Assembly: GCF_006345805.1 (NCBI RefSeq)
Contig: NC_043014.1
Location: forward strand, 21,638,001-21,702,000
Direction of reading: 5' to 3'
DNA: 64,000 nt
DNA from: Octopus sinensis
Lineage: Eukaryota
The position numbers were made by a program, and so were the translations under genes. Below the pieces are notes generated by a model. It had not been told where the DNA came from, did not search any database, and worked only from the letters and a program-made list of their open reading frames with translations. Shown one piece after another: positions 62,205-64,000 of this stretch (within the stretch, counting starts at the first letter, position 1; every line of letters starts with the position of its first letter).

Positions 62205-63663
62205 GTTCAAATTTATAGAAATGGTCAGTGAAGAATATAAAAAATATGGATCACCAAAAGTTTGGACATACTAACTTAAGAGAGAGAGAGAAAAAAAAAA
62301 GGAAGAAAGTAAAGAAAGGGGGTTTTATTACAGTTTCTGTCATTTTGGGTTCTTTTTTTTGTCATGTGCAAAAAACTCTGCATGTGATAGAAAAAAGAAC
62401 CCAAGATGACAAAAACTAACAAAACCCCTTTTCTTTACTTTCTTTTTCTTCTCTCTTAACTCAGTATTACCTAACTTTTGGTGATCCACATTTTTTTTAT
62501 TCTTCGCAGATCATTTTTGATACTGTTGAATTTTGTGAACTCTTTAAACATGTTTTCTACTCTGCAATTAAAATTTTTTTAAAATCCCATACATTTATAC
62601 AATTGATAAACAAAATACCATTGATAAACAAAATATTGTTGAAACTAGTTTGGCATGTATATTAATAAATTTATTTAAAACCAATTACAAGCTTTTCAAA
62701 TTAAGGTGCATTTTCAATAATAATATTTTTTTCTTGCATGAAAACACACACACACACACACAACAGATTTCTTTCAAATTTCATCTGTCACATCTGGTCA
62801 GCCATGGGCTATAGTGGAAGGTACTAACCCAAGGTATCATGCAATGGGACTTAAAACCAAAACCATGTAGTTGTGAGAAAAACTTCTTAACCACATAGAT
62901 GACAGTTAAATAATGCCCTACTATCTTATAAAAAGGGACACCCTGGATAATGTATTCCTAGTTTTTCTAATCTTGAGAGAACCACAGGATTATTATAGTT
63001 CAAATGTATTTGATCAAAGTCTGCTGCTCATTTAAACAACATCAACAACTTATATGGAGATTGTAGTATCATGTCTCTATGGCACAGTGAATTATGAGTA
63101 TATTTGCAACTGTCAGTATATATGACTGTATAGGTACAACTGCATATATGTGTATAGGTTTGCATTCAAACATTCTTATGTGTGTACTAATTTCTATACA
63201 TATTTATATATATGCATACACATACAAACATGAATAAGGACACATATGTAAACATAAGTTGATGTGAAGACACACAGACATAAAATATAATGTAGGCATG
63301 TACTTATGTTTATTCACAGATACACACACAGACAAGCAATTTATTTGCACACATGCATTTACTTAACTATAAACATGCACACACACACACATCCATCCAT
63401 GTATTCATACTATATACAATTGTTTGACTGTTTTAACCACCACCACTATTACTATTGTCTATGTCCAGCGGAGAGGTCAATGATGTCGATGAGTGCAGAC
63501 AATGCTGAGAGTTGGTCACAAGGTAGTTCAGATTCTGTCATGACCTCCAGTCTGGTGACCCCACGGCGTTCTCGGAGCCTCTATGTACCCTATCGTGATT
63601 CTGTCCTCACCTGGCTTCTCAAAGACAGTTTAGGAGGAAACTCCAAGACGATTATGATCTCAA
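33938..63663 (+). CDS. STARD9: Kinesin-3 motor gene, STARD9/KIF16A-like (partial: join of 33938-34054, 48916-49032, 51135-51167, 51801-51862, 52101-52219, 56044-56113, 56561-56633, 58023-58090, 60214-60320, 63469-63663)
   Basis: Ten exons with AG/GT boundaries and matching phases give an open 961-nt frame: [173 protein letters not shown]. From memory, His instead of Asn before SSRSH, DSRE..F.FDYCY, LPSE..SK and the Ser-rich insert before PYRDS match vertebrate STARD9 better than KIF16B. Kinesin-3 is near certain; the STARD9 label needs a tree. Confidence 0.85.
36280..36667 (+). mobile_element. Full-length tRNA/CORE-like SINE
   Basis: Head TGGCTGTATGGTAAGAAG..GGTTCAGTC, CORE-like TTGGGTAAGTGTCTTCTACTATAGCCTCAGG, internal (TA/TG)n, tail GAAACAAGTAAAAGATAAAAAG. 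Confidence 0.8.
36895..37135 (+). mobile_element. Old RTE-like LINE C-terminal remnant
   Basis: [23 protein letters not shown]...[14 protein letters not shown] resembles the GRP.KTW..DL..W..A.DR..WR terminus of RTE ORF2. Confidence 0.5.
39272..39935 (-). mobile_element. 3' half of a decayed Tc1/mariner element (DUF4817-type family)
   Basis: Minus strand gives [43 protein letters not shown] and a LDL..LD..F.WGYLK-like stretch; terminus CAGGGTGTCCAAAA at 39272. Confidence 0.65.
40171..40445. mobile_element. Foldback/MITE element with ~132-bp inverted arms and an 11-bp spacer
   Basis: AACAATTGCAGCGTGG..CACTGACA / TGTCAGTG..CCACGTTGCAATTGTT with about 8 mismatches; mirrored ORFs 40156-40344 (+) and 40194-40433 (-). 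Confidence 0.85.
40590..41740 (+). mobile_element. 5'-truncated RTE-clade LINE (ORF2 C-terminus, 3' UTR and (GAT)n tail)
   Basis: [65 protein letters not shown] and [21 protein letters not shown], stop at 41270, then UTR. One small deletion and one stop; CpGs retained. Confidence 0.93.
41960..42361 (-). mobile_element. 5' half of a decayed Tc1/mariner element (DUF4817-like HTH N-terminus)
   Basis: [35 protein letters not shown]; terminus TA-CAGAATATCCTAAAAAATGTATAC. Confidence 0.7.
42405..42522. repeat. (CA)n microsatellite
   Basis: ~115 bp of CA units with a few CAAA interruptions. Confidence 0.98.
43660..44050 (-). mobile_element. Full-length tRNA/CORE-like SINE
   Basis: Reverse-complement copy of the family at 36280-36667; a similar full copy lies at ~45245-45620. 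Confidence 0.8.
44055..44915 (-). mobile_element. CR1/L2-group LINE 3' fragment
   Basis: [54 protein letters not shown] and [16 protein letters not shown]...S..SFK are CR1-type ORF2 C-terminal motifs. Confidence 0.92.
46391..46488. repeat. Perfect 98-bp palindrome with no spacer, centred on (TA)n
   Basis: TGTATGACTATATTTTACAACCCCTCCACACATACACACATTTTATATA is followed directly by its exact reverse complement. Confidence 0.98.
46710..47401 (-). mobile_element. Internally deleted mariner with both TIRs
   Basis: TA-flanked ~30-bp imperfect TIRs (..GGTATCAAAA..GACTAG). N-terminus [34 protein letters not shown] is joined to [30 protein letters not shown]. Confidence 0.88.
48916..49032 (+). CDS. 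STARD9: kinesin exon with P-loop ([39 protein letters not shown])
   Basis: ttcag|GTG acceptor, GGG|gtgagt donor, 117 nt, phase 0/0; GYN..FAYGQT..GKTYTM kinesin P-loop. Confidence 0.95.
50240..50945. mobile_element. Non-autonomous repeat with subterminal TTAGGG-like and CCCTAA tracts
   Basis: Degenerate (TTAGGG)n at 50311-50354 sits inside a 15-bp stem (50278-50292 with 50355-50369); CCCTAACCCTAA at 50871 is in the opposite orientation. No ORF. Confidence 0.5.
51135..51167 (+). CDS. STARD9: kinesin small exon ([11 protein letters not shown])
   Basis: tttcag|GAA, GAG|gtaaga, 33 nt; conserved GLIPRIC motif. Confidence 0.9.
51450..51692. mobile_element. hAT-type MITE with an 8-bp TSD (family fragments at ~22000, ~41950, ~43510, ~45035, ~49510)
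   Basis: TIRs CAGTATTTCTCAACC and GGTTGAGAACCCTG; flanks GTGTATGT and GTGTATGA match at 7/8. Confidence 0.8.
51801..51862 (+). CDS. STARD9: kinesin exon ([21 protein letters not shown])
   Basis: tatttcag|GCT, AG|gtaaac, 62 nt, phase 0/2; frame joins the next exon as S-YLEIYNE. Confidence 0.9.
52101..52219 (+). CDS. STARD9: kinesin exon ([39 protein letters not shown])
   Basis: attgtag|C, G|gtattt, 119 nt, phase 2/1; [13 protein letters not shown] and L.VREHP..GPYV kinesin-3 motifs. Confidence 0.95.
53802..54947 (+). mobile_element. Near full-length decayed DD37D maT-type transposon inside a kinesin intron
   Basis: TA-flanked 26-bp TIRs (20/26 match); [36 protein letters not shown] and [19 protein letters not shown]. 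Confidence 0.9.
55517..55794. mobile_element. Foldback MITE with ~110-bp imperfect inverted arms
   Basis: TAATGTGGCTGTCCTG..GTTTAGCCCCAG..CATCATTTCCAGCTGGCTATA..ATATCTGTGTCCTTATATTTT is mirrored at 55690-55794. Confidence 0.8.
56044..56113 (+). CDS. STARD9: kinesin exon ([24 protein letters not shown])
   Basis: aacag|AT, CG|gtaagt, 70 nt, phase 1/2. Confidence 0.9.
56561..56633 (+). CDS. STARD9: kinesin exon with switch I ([24 protein letters not shown])
   Basis: ttttccag|A, CAG|gtatgt, 73 nt, phase 2/0; SSRSH motif. Confidence 0.95.
58023..58090 (+). CDS. STARD9: kinesin exon with switch II ([23 protein letters not shown])
   Basis: ttctttcag|GCA, AG|gtaggt, 68 nt, phase 0/2; LVDLAGSE motif. 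Confidence 0.95.
58950..58986. repeat. Perfect 17-bp hairpin stem with a 3-nt loop
   Basis: TATATCCATCATCATCT-GCA-AGATGATGATGGATATA. Confidence 0.9.
60214..60320 (+). CDS. STARD9: kinesin exon ([35 protein letters not shown])
   Basis: tttttcag|T, G|gtaagg, 107 nt, phase 2/1; [12 protein letters not shown] motif. Confidence 0.95.
61785..61963. repeat. 179-bp inverted duplication (87-bp arms, 5-bp spacer, 3 mismatches)
   Basis: ATCCAAAACACTTGCAAAGAATATGGAGACTGATACATCTTCAAATTTTTC..TTAGTT-AATTA-AACTAA..GTGTTTTGGAT. Confidence 0.95.
62221..62514. repeat. Old, diverged foldback element
   Basis: GGATCACCAAAAGTT..GAAAGTAAAGAAAG..TGTCATTTTGGGTTCTTTTTT is mirrored by AAAAAAGAACCCAAGATGACA..CTTTACTTTC..AACTTTTGGTGATCC, with many mismatches. 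Confidence 0.8.
63469..63663 (+). CDS. STARD9: kinesin exon ([65 protein letters not shown])
   Basis: gtccag|CG, A|gtaagc, 195 nt, phase 1/1; microtubule-binding [19 protein letters not shown] motif preceded by a Ser-rich insert. Confidence 0.95.
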
Positions 63664-64000
63664 GTAAGCCTTACTACTTTTTTGTTTCTTTATATTTTTG
63701 TTTTAGATGTTTTGTGTCCCTATTGGCTAATATGGCCAATGGGTTATGATATTTGTTTTGCAACCACAAGATTTCTGGTTTGATTCTACTGCTTGGTATT
63801 TCGGACAAATATTTTCTATAGCCTTGGGTCTATAGCCTTGGGTCTATAGCCTTGAGAATGAAATTGGCCAACTGTAAAAATCATGCCAAAACAGACAAAT
63901 GGAGTCTGGGCAGATCTCTAGCTGGCCGACTCCTGTCAAACCGTCCAACCTATGCCAGCATGGAAAACGAACATTAAAAGATGATGATGTAAGCTGTATA

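Noticed and set aside
63816-63854. 14-bp unit CTATAGCCTTGGGT repeated about 3 times
   Set aside because: Local slippage within the CORE-like segment of a SINE; no independent function is evident.

Overview
AT-rich, microsatellite- and transposon-dense eukaryotic genomic DNA with one 100-N gap. The repeat families look like those of Octopus (coleoid cephalopod); this is inferred from recognition, not from a search. The one host gene I can support is a + strand kinesin-3 motor gene of the STARD9/KIF16A type. Ten GT-AG exons between 33938 and 63663 splice in frame into 961 nt (320 codons) covering the P-loop, switch I, switch II and the [21 protein letters not shown] motif. Its first exons were not found and the gene continues past the window end. 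The rest is decayed mobile DNA: three DD37D (maT) elements, DD34D mariners, Tc1, Tigger, RTE and CR1 LINE fragments, several tRNA-derived SINE families, and hAT-, piggyBac- and foldback-type MITEs. The most notable observations are: (1) a minimal type I hammerhead ribozyme fold on the minus strand at 6360-6410; (2) near-perfect inverted duplications of 37, 98, 179, 578 and 812 bp that are not transposon TIRs and are centred on self-complementary simple sequence; (3) a P-loop GQTSTGKT whose Ser codon would become the more usual Gly by a single A-to-I edit. No prokaryotic system or CRISPR array is present, and nothing here shows a new multi-gene system.
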